DNA of 63,954 nt, the filler included, from Lenisia limosa (Eukaryota; Protista; Breviatea): the NCBI GenBank assembly GCA_001655205.1. It is 18 parts of 18 records of this genome, joined end to end, with 100 filler letters (N's around TTAATTAATTAA, not from the genome) between each part and the next. Parts side by side here need not be neighbours in the genome. Positions count along the whole stretch, not along the records: positions 50,512 to 53,137 come from LPNZ01010720.1; positions 53,238 to 54,633 come from LPNZ01005360.1; positions 54,734 to 56,025 come from LPNZ01007278.1; positions 56,126 to 58,961 come from LPNZ01001675.1; positions 59,062 to 60,703 come from LPNZ01000382.1; positions 60,804 to 62,833 come from LPNZ01004812.1; 12 more parts are not named here. One strand, 5' to 3'. Shown here one piece after another: positions 50,562-61,039 of this stretch. Below the pieces are notes generated by a model, which was given only the letters and a program-made list of their open reading frames with translations, was not told the origin of the DNA and searched no databases. Every line of letters begins with the position of its first letter. The stretch's first letter is position 1. The position numbers were made by a program, and so were the translations under genes.

Positions 50562-52736
50562 CGTGATAAGATCGTCGTTGACATCAATTCCTTTCATTTT
50601 TACAAGAATAGGCGTGTAGAGAGCAGTGAGTGCCTCCTTTTGTCCTTCGACAATGTTGCTTGCCTTATTAGGGTTTTCTCCGACTCCCATCCGCACGTCC
50701 CCTGTGTAATCAGAAGAGGCATCGATGAAATTGAAGTCTGCCAAAAAAAAAAGAGTTGTTAGTTTTGATCAGTACCCCAATTTATGAAAAGACCATCATC
50801 TGTCCATTGTCCAACCAGAATATGAGATCTGCGTGATCGTTTCGAGGAAATCATCCATTGACACCTGAAAGAAAAATGAGACAACACAAAGAAAGCGTGA
50901 TTAGCTCAAAGAGAGAGTAAAGAGTAAGAAAGAGAGAATATGTTTTTGTGAGTCAACATGAGGGACAAAAAAATTGAGAACAAAAAACTGGAACCGGGAG
51001 TGCAGCTTTGTATTTTTTAATCTCATAAATTCCCATTTACCACACACATTCTAAACAGCTCTCAGCGCTATAGCTTCACTTTCGGTTCCGAAACAGCCGT
51101 AAAATATCGATATTTATCGAGGATGTCGAAAATTCAGTCTTTTTTGGAACTGAAAGTGAAGCTCTACTCAGCCCCCCCCCCCCCATGAACACATCCTCAG
51201 TAACACTCAGCGTCCTCCCACTGTTTCGGGTTCAGTAAGCAGTAAAGCAGTCCGTGTGGCTGAAACCCTGTTTTCGAGCTGTGAGAGGGGGGGGGGGGAG
51301 TAAAATTGGAAAATTTATGAAACAAAAAAAAACCAAATCAACTCTGTTGGCTGACAACACACGAGGGTTGAGAACAGCAAAACAAACAAAGCCCAAGGGG
51401 TGAATAACAAGGTAAAGATACCATAGCAGAGGAGGGGGATTAAGATGACAGAGGGGGGCAGGGGTGAAGCTACAATATCAGTGATCTTGAGGTTAAAACA
51501 GGAGAAATGCCACGTGAAAATGGCGAATCAATAACCGAAGGTTTTTTTGTTGTAATAATATTTATTCATCAAGCGAATATTACCCATTTATCAATATTCT
51601 AAACCCCAGCTTTAATATCCCCTCACCACTGCTTCATTGATAGCGGCATTTGAGGTCAGGATTGACACCTTCATAAAGTGAGTGGAAAAGAAAAAAGTAG
51701 CCCACTGATTTATGCATTCTTCCTGCAATGTAGAGGTCAGACCAAGTTGTCAGGTCTTTCAACAGGTCTGCTTCGGAGATGACACCATATTTGATCGTCT
51801 TGAGGGTGAATAGGGAGTGGCTGTGAAATAGAGAATATGCCAAAAAAAACCCTCAATATGGTTGGCTAAACCTTTGAAAACAGGAGCGCGTGGGGAAACG
51901 AAACCCCATGTTTCCAAAACAAAACAATGATCCAAATGATTCAAGGTCAGTCGTGAAGATTCCATAAATGACCAACCTTTCCTTTGAAGGGAACTAACGT
52001 ATTGTAGTAAAGACCAGGGCCTATTGACCCTAGAAACGACACTACTTTGGAGCCTTGGCGATTAGACAATGGCAATAAACAGGGGGTTTGCCCATTGATA
52101 GGATTAGGGCTTCACTTCGGTTCAAAAACGACCGGGAAAATATCGATAGTTTTCGAAGATTTATCGAGAAATTCATCTTTTTTCGAACCGAAGAGAAGCC
52201 CTAGTTGGGATAAGATGAGCATCACTTTCAGTTTCAAAAGAAGGATACATATGATATATAATTAGATATACTATATAATATGCATATACTTTATTTATAT
52301 ATCTATATATTATATATATATAATATGTCATTTGATATCATATGTATTTAAGCTCTGGATAAGGTAGTAAATGAGGANNNNNNNNNNCATGTCATGGACA
52401 CAGTTATTCTGAAATCCTTGAGGCATTTTTGAAAAGGTCACAACTAGGGCTTCACTTCGGTTCAAAAAAAAGAAGACTGAATTTCTCGATAAATCCTCGA
52501 AAACAGTCGATATTTTACCGGTATTTTTCGAAGCGAAGCTCTAGTTTCAACAAACGCCCCCGCCACCAAGAACAAACGCCCCCGCCACCAAGAAACTTTA
52601 AAGAAGAGTAGTGNNNNNNNNNNNNNNNNNNNNNNNNNNNNNNNNNNNNNNNNNNNNNNGGATTGGCAGCAATATTGCTGGCATGCCATTCATCAGCGTT
52701 CTTCACCCCAAAGACAAAATCCACCATTGCGGCTTT
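50562..52736 (-). CDS. TAM41: Mitochondrial phosphatidate cytidylyltransferase Tam41 (partial)
   Basis: [21 protein letters not shown]..., [15 protein letters not shown]|[31 protein letters not shown]|[14 protein letters not shown]|[19 protein letters not shown]|[17 protein letters not shown]|[17 protein letters not shown]. Hallmark IKYGVIS, LYIAGR, SYxGDxRM motifs. Confidence 0.93.
51071..51166. mobile_element. MITE family M (TAM41 intron)
   Basis: TAGCTTCACTTTCGGTTCC...GGAACTGAAAGTGAAGCTCTA. Confidence 0.8.
51298..51397 (-). repeat. Element module A at a TAM41 acceptor
   Basis: ...CCCTCGTGTGTTGTCAGCCAACAGAGTTGATTTGG(T)nGTTTCATAAATTTTCCAATTTTACT(C)nTCTCACAG|LENRVS. Confidence 0.92.
52105..52543. 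mobile_element. Two family-M MITEs in opposite core orientation (TAM41 intron)
   Basis: 52105-52203 and 52445-52543, both starting TAGGGCTTCACTTCGGTTCAAAAA. Confidence 0.9.
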
Positions 52737-53238
52737 CTATACCAGTTTAACAAGGCAAGTGTGTTGTCCTGCTAAGGGTCATCGTTATTTTATATATATA
52801 GTATATATACGCTTTTTTGACTAGGTAGGATAGGTCAGAGGGCAACTTCAAATGCATATACAATTATATATGATTTGATATATAGTATATACATATATAC
52901 TAGATATATATGACGAGGACCCTAAGTATGATGATATGCATGCTACTGAACGACAAGAGTCTTTTTTACATCGAGAATACCTAGGGGTTCCCTACGGTCC
53001 AAAAATGACCGAATTTCTCAATAGATTCTCGATAAATATCGATATTTAATCGGTCTTTTTTGGACCTAATAATACCACATAGTATATGAAAACTGTTCCA
53101 GAAAATTCATATCATATCATATACTATTGAGGATAATNNNNNNNNNNNNNNNNNNNNNNNNNNNNNNNNNNNNNNNNNNNNTTAATTAATTAANNNNNNN
53201 NNNNNNNNNNNNNNNNNNNNNNNNNNNNNNNNNNNNNA

Positions 53239-53650
53239 GGCCAGTCGCTTCTGCAGCCCCGCATCCCATCACTCCAACAAACAAAGCCCAGACCAATCGC
53301 TTGCTTCTGCAGCCCCCGCATCATCACTCCAGCAAGCAAAGCCCAGGCCAGCCACTTCTGCAGCGGGGACCCTCAATAAGAAAAATATATAAATAGAACC
53401 AAGCCCCTACGGTGCTCTGCTGATGTTGCTGATGTTGCTGATGTTGCTGATGCTGTGGCACAGGCAGTCTTTGGGGGAATGGAGTGCCAACTTCTATGGG
53501 CTGGAGCTGGGGGGTGTCAATAGAATGGAGGCGGATATGAGGCGCTGAGATGGAAACTAAGGAAATTTCGATGAAGATTATTTGGGTGAAAGTATTAATC
53601 ACGAACCGAATAATCTGAAACTCCAAATTAACACATATCAAACACGAGCA
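53239..53650 (-). repeat. Element pieces: three tandem A 5' ends (53239-53365) and module B at an acceptor (53553-53650)
   Basis: GGAGTGATGGGATGCGGGGCTGCAGAAGCGACTGG x3; B ends CATCGAAATTTCCTTAGTTTCCATCTCAG. Confidence 0.8.
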
Positions 53651-54345
53651 AAAAAGTATGTGAATATAATAATGGTTTAATATCGAAGGGGGGGTGAGGG
53701 TGTGTGTGAAGGGCTTCACTTCGGTTCAAAAAAGACCAGTAAAATATCGATAGTTTTCAAGGATTTATCGAGAAATTTAGTCTTTTTTTTGAACCGAAGT
53801 GAAACTCAAGGTGTGTGTGAATGAAATGGATCTGAGGAAGTGGGAGACAAATTGGCGAAAAAAAAAACAAAAACAATACCTGTGGGATGTTGGTCTTCGA
53901 GTTGTTTTGGGGGGAAAGTCGAGGAGTCAGTCTAGATACCTAGGAGGGAAATAAAACGAAGGAAAGTATTACCCGGGTGTGAAAATTAGATGGTGGGGGT
54001 TAAGCTGTTTTGCATTTGTAAGAAGTAAAATGTAAAATAGGGGGAACAGAGCCCCGAACTAACACAAAAAATCCTAAGAGAGGTGATTGGATGAATTATT
54101 GGATAATAGCGAAGGCATAATCACCCAGGTAAAAACAGTATTAATACCTATGTCGGCGATGAATTTCTTCATTTTATAACAAAAAGAAGACTAAAACAAA
54201 CAAAACGAAGACCAAAAGAAAGAAAATAGGAAAGAAAGACACAAGAACGAAAAGTTATAAAAACAGAACCAAACAACAAAAAATACAACAAAAAAATAAC
54301 AACAAACTAAATAACCCACTTGGAGAGGTTCGATACTTGACGGGT
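53405..54345 (-). CDS. Exons of a low-complexity (Q/H repeat) hypothetical protein
   Basis: Exon-like PHIRLHSIDTPQLQ...PQHQQHQQHQQHQQST with a canonical acceptor and donor. Phase link to the upstream exons not resolved. Confidence 0.35.
53711..53806. mobile_element. MITE family M
   Basis: GGGCTTCACTTCGGTTCAAAAAAG...TTTGAACCGAAGTGAAAC. Further partial or diverged copies at ~7380, 50045, 52982, 58549 and 61780. Confidence 0.85.
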
Positions 54346-54834
54346 GCTTCTTCATCTTCTTTGTGTGATGCAATCTTCATAGTTAAAGGGGGATGGTTTA
54401 GATGTGTTATTTGGGGATATTCAATATTTGTTACATTATTACGTGTTATTTAGGTGCACTCCTGCGTTATTCAGGTGTAGATCATATATTCCAGCGTGAC
54501 ATTGAGGATATTACAGCGTGGCATTAGGTACATTATTAAGTCTTCTTTGTGTGGCCACCATAAAATACACCACTGTTATACTCTGATGCTAGACCCTGCT
54601 ATGTTATACTCTGATGCTAGACCCTGCTATGTTNNNNNNNNNNNNNNNNNNNNNNNNNNNNNNNNNNNNNNNNNNNNTTAATTAATTAANNNNNNNNNNN
54701 NNNNNNNNNNNNNNNNNNNNNNNNNNNNNNNNNGGGAGTATCATTGAATCGATTAGTAAAGTGGGTAATATTACGTTTGTAAATTCCAAATTTTTAATTA
54801 ACTAGTCTAAGTGCGTTGGTCATGTTTGTGATTG

Positions 54835-55184
54835 CTAGTATTGATTTGTTTGTTTCAGGTGACTCTGTTGGTGGTTAGTATCTTCACCCCGATATTCATC
54901 ATCAGAATTTCCTTCGTTTCACTCCAATTTTCCTATTTTACCCTCCCCTTTCGCTGGAGAGGTGATGGAATGCGGTGCTGCAGAAGCTGGAGAGTGATGG
55001 AATGCGGTGGTGCTGCAGAAGCGACTGGCCTGAGCTTTGTTTTGTTGTTACCAACCCTCTTGTGTTGTCAGCCAACAGATTTTGGGCTGTTTTTTTTTAT
55101 ACATTTTCCAATTTACTCTTCAAAGGCTTGTTTTTGTTTTTGTGTTTTTGTCATCTGGCTTTTGTCTAGTTTTAGCGTTGGTTG
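54835..55184 (+). repeat. Element array B-A-B, sense to the plus-strand host
   Basis: B 3' end, A with a duplicated 5' end, then the B start running into a gap. Confidence 0.88.
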
Positions 55185-55355
55185 NNNNNNNNNNNNNNNN
55201 NNNNNNNNNNNNNNNNNNNNNNNNNNNNNNNNNNNNNNNNNNNNNNNNNNNNNNNNNNNNNNNNNNNNNNNNNNNNNNNNNNNNNNNNNNNNNNNNNNNN
55301 NNNNNNNNNNNNNNNNNNNNNNNNNNNNNNNNNNNNNNNNNNNNNNNNNNNNNNN

Positions 55356-55797
55356 GTAGCTGCAGCGAATTGCTTACAGGTCGGGCGGGGGTGGGGGTAA
55401 TCTGTGTGAAACAAGGGGTCTTCGATCTCGTACCTAGTAAATAACCCTTGTAGGTCTTTAACCATGACTCTGGCCCGCTCTTAGCATCGTCCCAATCCGC
55501 AGTCTTTGCAAGTGCCTGTCAGGTACTGTGGGATTTTTCTAATACAAAAGTCATTTGTTCACCCAAGCAGGTTACCCTTCCACCTTTTTTACCCTTAAAC
55601 AGTCTTTTGCCGATCCCCTGCTCCCTTGGGTCTGCGCCACCGCCTCAGAATGCCTTGGTACCTCTGAGTTCTCCCCAGCCCCCGTTTTACAAGCTCTTTC
55701 AGGGCTGTACGATCCTTCTAAAACGGTTGCATGGAAACTTGAATTGAAAGTTGAAGCTGGACTGACTGCTTTTGGTGGATTCATTTTGTGGATATGA
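55356..55797 (+). CDS. Last exons of a hypothetical helical protein
   Basis: Phase-0 chain VAAANCLQ|VFNHDSGPLLASSQSAVFASACQ|SFADPLLPWVCATASECLG...AFGGFILWI*. Confidence 0.55.
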
Positions 55798-56124
55798 TTC
55801 TGTTTCAAGCAGGTCATATTTATCGACCTTTATTTAGTGTATAAAAATCAAATAAGATGTGATGAACATCCTGAGCAACTTCATAAAATTTGTGTTAAAG
55901 TTGAAATATGATGACATCACCGTACTTTTTAGGGATGCCCTCTGATTATATTTTAAACTATCAATAGCGCCCCCCCCCCTCCCAATGGATTGGTTATAGC
56001 TTATGGGTCTGGGGTGGGACTTTCTNNNNNNNNNNNNNNNNNNNNNNNNNNNNNNNNNNNNNNNNNNNNTTAATTAATTAANNNNNNNNNNNNNNNNNNN
56101 NNNNNNNNNNNNNNNNNNNNNNNN

Positions 56125-56350
56125 NATATGTTGATATATTGATATGTTGATATATTGATATGTTGATATATTGATATGTTGATATGTTGATATGTTGATA
56201 TGTTGAGATATTGATATGTTGATATATTGATATGTTGATATATTGATATGTTGATATATTGATATGTTGATATATTGATATGTTTATATATTGATATGTT
56301 GAGATATTGATATGTTGATATATTGATATGTTGATATATTGATATGTTGA
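56125..56350. repeat. Microsatellite (ATATGTTG/ATATATTG)n
   Basis: 8/16-bp period running into a gap. Confidence 0.95.
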
Positions 56351-56758
56351 NNNNNNNNNNNNNNNNNNNNNNNNNNNNNNNNNNNNNNNNNNNNNNNNNN
56401 NNNNNNNNNNNNNNNNNNNNNNNNNNNNNNNNNNNNNNNNNNNNNNNNNNNNNNNNNNNNNNNNNNNNNNNNNNNNNNNNNNNNNNNNNNNNNNNNNNNN
56501 NNNNNNNNNNNNNNNNNNNNNNNNNNNNNNNNNNNNNNNNNNNNNNNNNNNNNNNNNNNNNNNNNNNNNNNNNNNNNNNNNNNNNNNNNNNNNNNNNNNN
56601 NNNNNNNNNNNNNNNNNNNNNNNNNNNNNNNNNNNATTACTTACATGTAATAATATATAATACAATAATATGGGGGGTGGGGAGGAGGCTCAAAAATGCA
56701 TTTAGTTTCGTTAAGTTTAAAGAAAAAACTCTCATCCACTCGCCTAATTTGTTTTCAG

Positions 56759-58851
56759 GCTATGGGCGTTCTCTTTGGCCGGCAAGTCTTAGTGTTCAAT
56801 TGCGACGAGGGAATTGACTTCAAGTCCATGGGCAGAATCTTCACCGGCATCGTAAAGGTATTCAGTTCCCATCCTTAACATGAATCGAGTATATCTTTAA
56901 GCCAATATTCTTCATCGAAAATTCCTTCACCCACCCTTTGGAGTGATGGGATGCGGTGCTGCAGAAGCGACTGGGACTTTTTTTTTTGTTGTTGTTATCA
57001 TCAATTTTCCAATTACCACCACCCCCTAGTCTGGAGCATGGGGCTGTTTCGACGAATTTAACCGGCTGGATGAAGAGGTGCTCTCCGCCGTCTCGCAGCA
57101 GATTCAGACGATACAGGTGCGGGGATATGTAAGGTTGTATGGTGGCAGGTGCGGGGATATGTGGCGGAAATATATCATAGGAGGGCATGAATGAAGTATT
57201 AATTAAAAGTAATTAACGATATTAGGCAAGAAAAGTACTGACAGGAATAAAGTTATTGAAATTCACGATTTTAGGCTGGCATCCGAGCTAAGTCCGCTTC
57301 CGTCCAACTCCTTGATCAAGAGATCGACCTCGATTCTAACTCCGCAATCTTCGTCACTTTGAACCCTGCCGGAAAGGTCTGGCTAGGATAGTAGATAGTA
57401 GATAGTATATTGAATTGTCTCGATATTCTATCATATGGAACTGAACTGAATTGAACTGAACTTTAATCGAAATGTCGTCATTTAGGGCTATGGATATTCT
57501 CAAACTCCTCTCCCCAAAATTGTAACATTGTACTTGATATTCCATCAAATTGAACTGAACCGAATTTTAACTGTAACATTTTTTAGGGCTACGGAGGCCG
57601 TTCGAAGCTTCCCGACAATCTCAAACTCCTCTTCCGACCCGTCGCCATGTCTCGTCCCGATAACGATCTAATTGCGGAAACAATGCTGTATTCCGAGGGC
57701 TTTAGATTTGCCAGTAGTCTGGGCAGGAAGGTATGCGGGGGAGGTAATTTTGCTCTTTGTATGTGTTTTTTTAGTTTCATAAATATNNNNNNNNNNNNNN
57801 NNNNNNNNNNNNNNNNNNNNNNNNNNNNNNNNNNNNNNNNNNNNNNNNNNNNNNNNNNNNNNNNNNNNNNNNNNNNNNNNNNNNNNNNNNAAGCAGTTGC
57901 TCTCTCCCCAACAGCACTATGACTGGGGTCTCAGGTGGGGGGTGTGAAGGGGTACAACAGTGACCGGGATAAGTTTTGACCGATTTGCTCTATGATTTCC
58001 CCAGAAAAATCGAAAATTTATCTCTGTAGATATGATGAAAAACATAAGCATATCATATAATATCTTAGATGTTGTTTGTTTGTGTATTTCACAAATTTTG
58101 CTTCATAAATGTTCTATTTTTGTACGCTGTATTGTGTTGCTGGATTGTTTCACAAATTTTCAATTTCTAATATTACACCCCCCACCAAGTATGGTAATTT
58201 GTTTATGGTATCCTTATGTATTTATTTGTTTCCTAGATTTCTAATGTATACAGTATATTTTTTCTCTTGCCCCCCCCCCCCACTCCCATTTTCATTATCC
58301 CCTTAGAGCGCTAAAAACCGTCCTGTCCGTCTCCGGCCAACTTCTCCGAGATATGGACCTGGCTGAGGATGTGGGGGGGGGNNNNNNNNNNNNNNNNNNN
58401 NNNNNNNNNNNNNNNNNNNNNNNNNNNNNNNNNTCAAATCGGTCAAGACTTTTCCTGGTCTGTATGTAGCAATGAGAAAAAAAAAACAAGGTTGTATCTG
58501 ACGGGGGATAGATATAATATAGTATGTATTGGAAGCAGAGGTTTATTTCAGTTCGAAAAAAAGACTGAATATCTCGATAAATCCTTGAAAACTGTCATTA
58601 TTTTGCAGAAAATTTTCGAATCGACATTCGATATAGTCTGTATTGGATGTGTGTGTTGGTAGGGGATAGGGATAATATCCCTGGTTGACTGAATTGAAAC
58701 GGGGTTGAAGATTTTAACTGATTTACATCATTACCATTGCAACGTCATACCATAATCCCCCTTAGCCTACTGAGGAAATCGAGGCTGGAATGGTTGTCAA
58801 AGCAATTCGAGTCAACACGCTGAGTAAACTCACCTTTGCAGATCATCGGAG
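56759..58851 (+). CDS. DYNC2H1: Cytoplasmic dynein-2 (IFT) heavy chain, AAA1 to AAA2 exons
   Basis: [33 protein letters not shown]|[29 protein letters not shown]|AGIRAKS...FVTLNPAGK|[39 protein letters not shown]...|[14 protein letters not shown]|ALKTVL...|...[34 protein letters not shown] and NTxSKxTF are dynein-2-type as I recall them. Confidence 0.9.
56938..57016 (+). repeat. Internally deleted module A at a dynein-2 acceptor
   Basis: TGGAGTGATGGGATGCGGTGCTGCAGAAGCGACTGG...TTATCATCAATTTTCCAATTAC-CACCACCCCCTAG|[10 protein letters not shown]. Confidence 0.9.
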
Positions 58852-59102
58852 GTATGTTGGTAAGAGTTTATCGTTTAATTTTTTGAACAATGCAGGTTTT
58901 TTTTTTATATATATATTAGTAAATAAGAGTCTTTTTGATATATAGGTGACCACCCAAAAACNNNNNNNNNNNNNNNNNNNNNNNNNNNNNNNNNNNNNNN
59001 NNNNNTTAATTAATTAANNNNNNNNNNNNNNNNNNNNNNNNNNNNNNNNNNNNNNNNNNNNCTCCTTTGTCGTTATTGACAACTTAGTCTTCTTCCCCCC
59101 AG

Positions 59103-59362
59103 AACAGACAAAGAAAGCAATTGCGGTTTTCAAGCGCGCCAGCAAAGCCGATCTTGCAGCAGGTCTTGTACTGGATGAAGCCTACAGCTTTAGACAATGG
59201 CCGTAAGTGGGGGGGTATGGTTTAGCTTTTTTTGTTGGTATATTATGTGTTTAGGTTACCATTTTTCATTTTATAATATGATGTCTCAGTGTGTTTCGCT
59301 CTGCAATGAATGAGCCGCCCGACGGACGAAGGATTGGCTCGAATGAAGCCTGTTATCTTGAT
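59103..59362 (+). CDS. Two exons of a hypothetical protein
   Basis: EQTKKAIAVFKRASKADLAAGLVLDEAYSFRQWP|VFRSAMNEPPDGRRIGSNEACYLD with canonical sites. Confidence 0.45.
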
Positions 59363-61039
59363 TGGTGGTGACTCATAAATATCTTTCGAGAAGTTCTGTT
59401 GGGTGGGGTTACCTTCTATTTGCCTTCTATATTTATTAGTTATAGTTATGTACCTACCTACACTTTAGTGAAAGCTAGAGAGCTTTTTAAGGGGTGTCAT
59501 CGATGAGTTAGCGAAGACACCGCCAACTACCAGCCATAAGAATATTCTTGAAAATTGATTAACCATCTTTACTATCCTCACTCACATGAAAATTGATTAA
59601 CCATCTTCACAATAGTATGAAATCGTTCCTATAACATGAGAATAATTCTTGATTTTAGTATAAATTAAACCCCATGCTTTCTCAGGTACATATTCCTGGG
59701 AAATATAACAAAAATAATCATTGCAAGTATTTCTGCAGGGGTGGCATTTGTAATTACTTAAAAGTTTGGGTGTGGCGTTGGTAAAATTTTCGCTATCTTA
59801 TATCCTATAAAACCGAGAGAAACAAGGTTTGAAACCTTTTCATCGGCGGCATCAAACATTACTGTGTTTTTTCCATCCAAAAGAGATCAATTTTCCCGAT
59901 AAACCCTCACAATATCGACAATCTATTGGTGTTTAAAGCTCAACATATCGAACTTGACATACCCATTCTCCCCATCCGACTTGTCGGGTGCGCCTGAGGG
60001 GTTCATTAACGTCACGTATGCGGCCAGAGCCGAAACGTAGCATATTATCAAAGTCGGCTTGGTTTTAGCCTGAGCATCTTGAAAAGATTTGCTGTATGAA
60101 GTCTCAATTTGTTTGTTTCCAATTGTATTTCATCTTGTTTTGAGAGAATAATTTAGCCGAAAAGCGTAAATTTGAATTTTGGGGGGGTTTATATGGACCA
60201 TATGGGCAATAGGCTTAAATACTAACTTTTTTTACCCCTATAAAGGACCATCTTTAGAAACGCAAAATTAGCAGGAGAACACGATTCTGAGGTTAGTTTT
60301 TTGTCAAATTGAAATTCTGATGAGATATAGCCCGAAACTTTTGTAATGATTCATCTTGATCAGCATGTTGGACGTTATGCCACGTGGAAAGCTATTCCTG
60401 CAGATGTCAAGGAGGCATATCTGCTTCATCAGTGTCGAAAATATAAAACTACTAGCGCCATCGCTGCATCAAAAGTAAGAAGGTGAATGTTTTTATTTCA
60501 CCAAACAGGGAGAAAAATGTTTCAGCCATCACTTCACAAAGTATATACCAGACTTTCGATATTGTGAGAATGGGGAAGCTGAATTATCCCTTCCTCAAAT
60601 CCACCCTCAGACCTTCCAAAGAGCTTATCTCAAATACTGCAAAAGTAACAACACTCTTTGTTTATCATTTAAATTTAGATTCCCCCCTTTTTCAACGTAA
60701 AGCNNNNNNNNNNNNNNNNNNNNNNNNNNNNNNNNNNNNNNNNNNNNTTAATTAATTAANNNNNNNNNNNNNNNNNNNNNNNNNNNNNNNNNNNNNNNNN
60801 NNNCACACACACAGAGGATAATACGTTACTTTTTGGTTTCTTCAAATCTTCATAGATATTGTAAAAAACGAATAGAGTATGTCTAGCAACGCCGTAGTAT
60901 GTGAGAATCCTATATTACACTATGCAAAGATGAGAAATAATAAATATAATAATAAAGTTACTGGCCAAAGCATACTTATGTCATTTCACCTAATAATTAC
61001 TTTACACACAGCTTTCTACATGCTCTTCCCCCCATCTAC

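Noticed and set aside
55572-55817. Minus-strand gene (MNPPKAVSP...) that would place the A/B array antisense
   Set aside because: The plus-strand reading gives three phase-0 exons with canonical sites, a G-rich donor typical of this genome and a terminal stop. The minus ORF is its shadow. RNA-seq should confirm.
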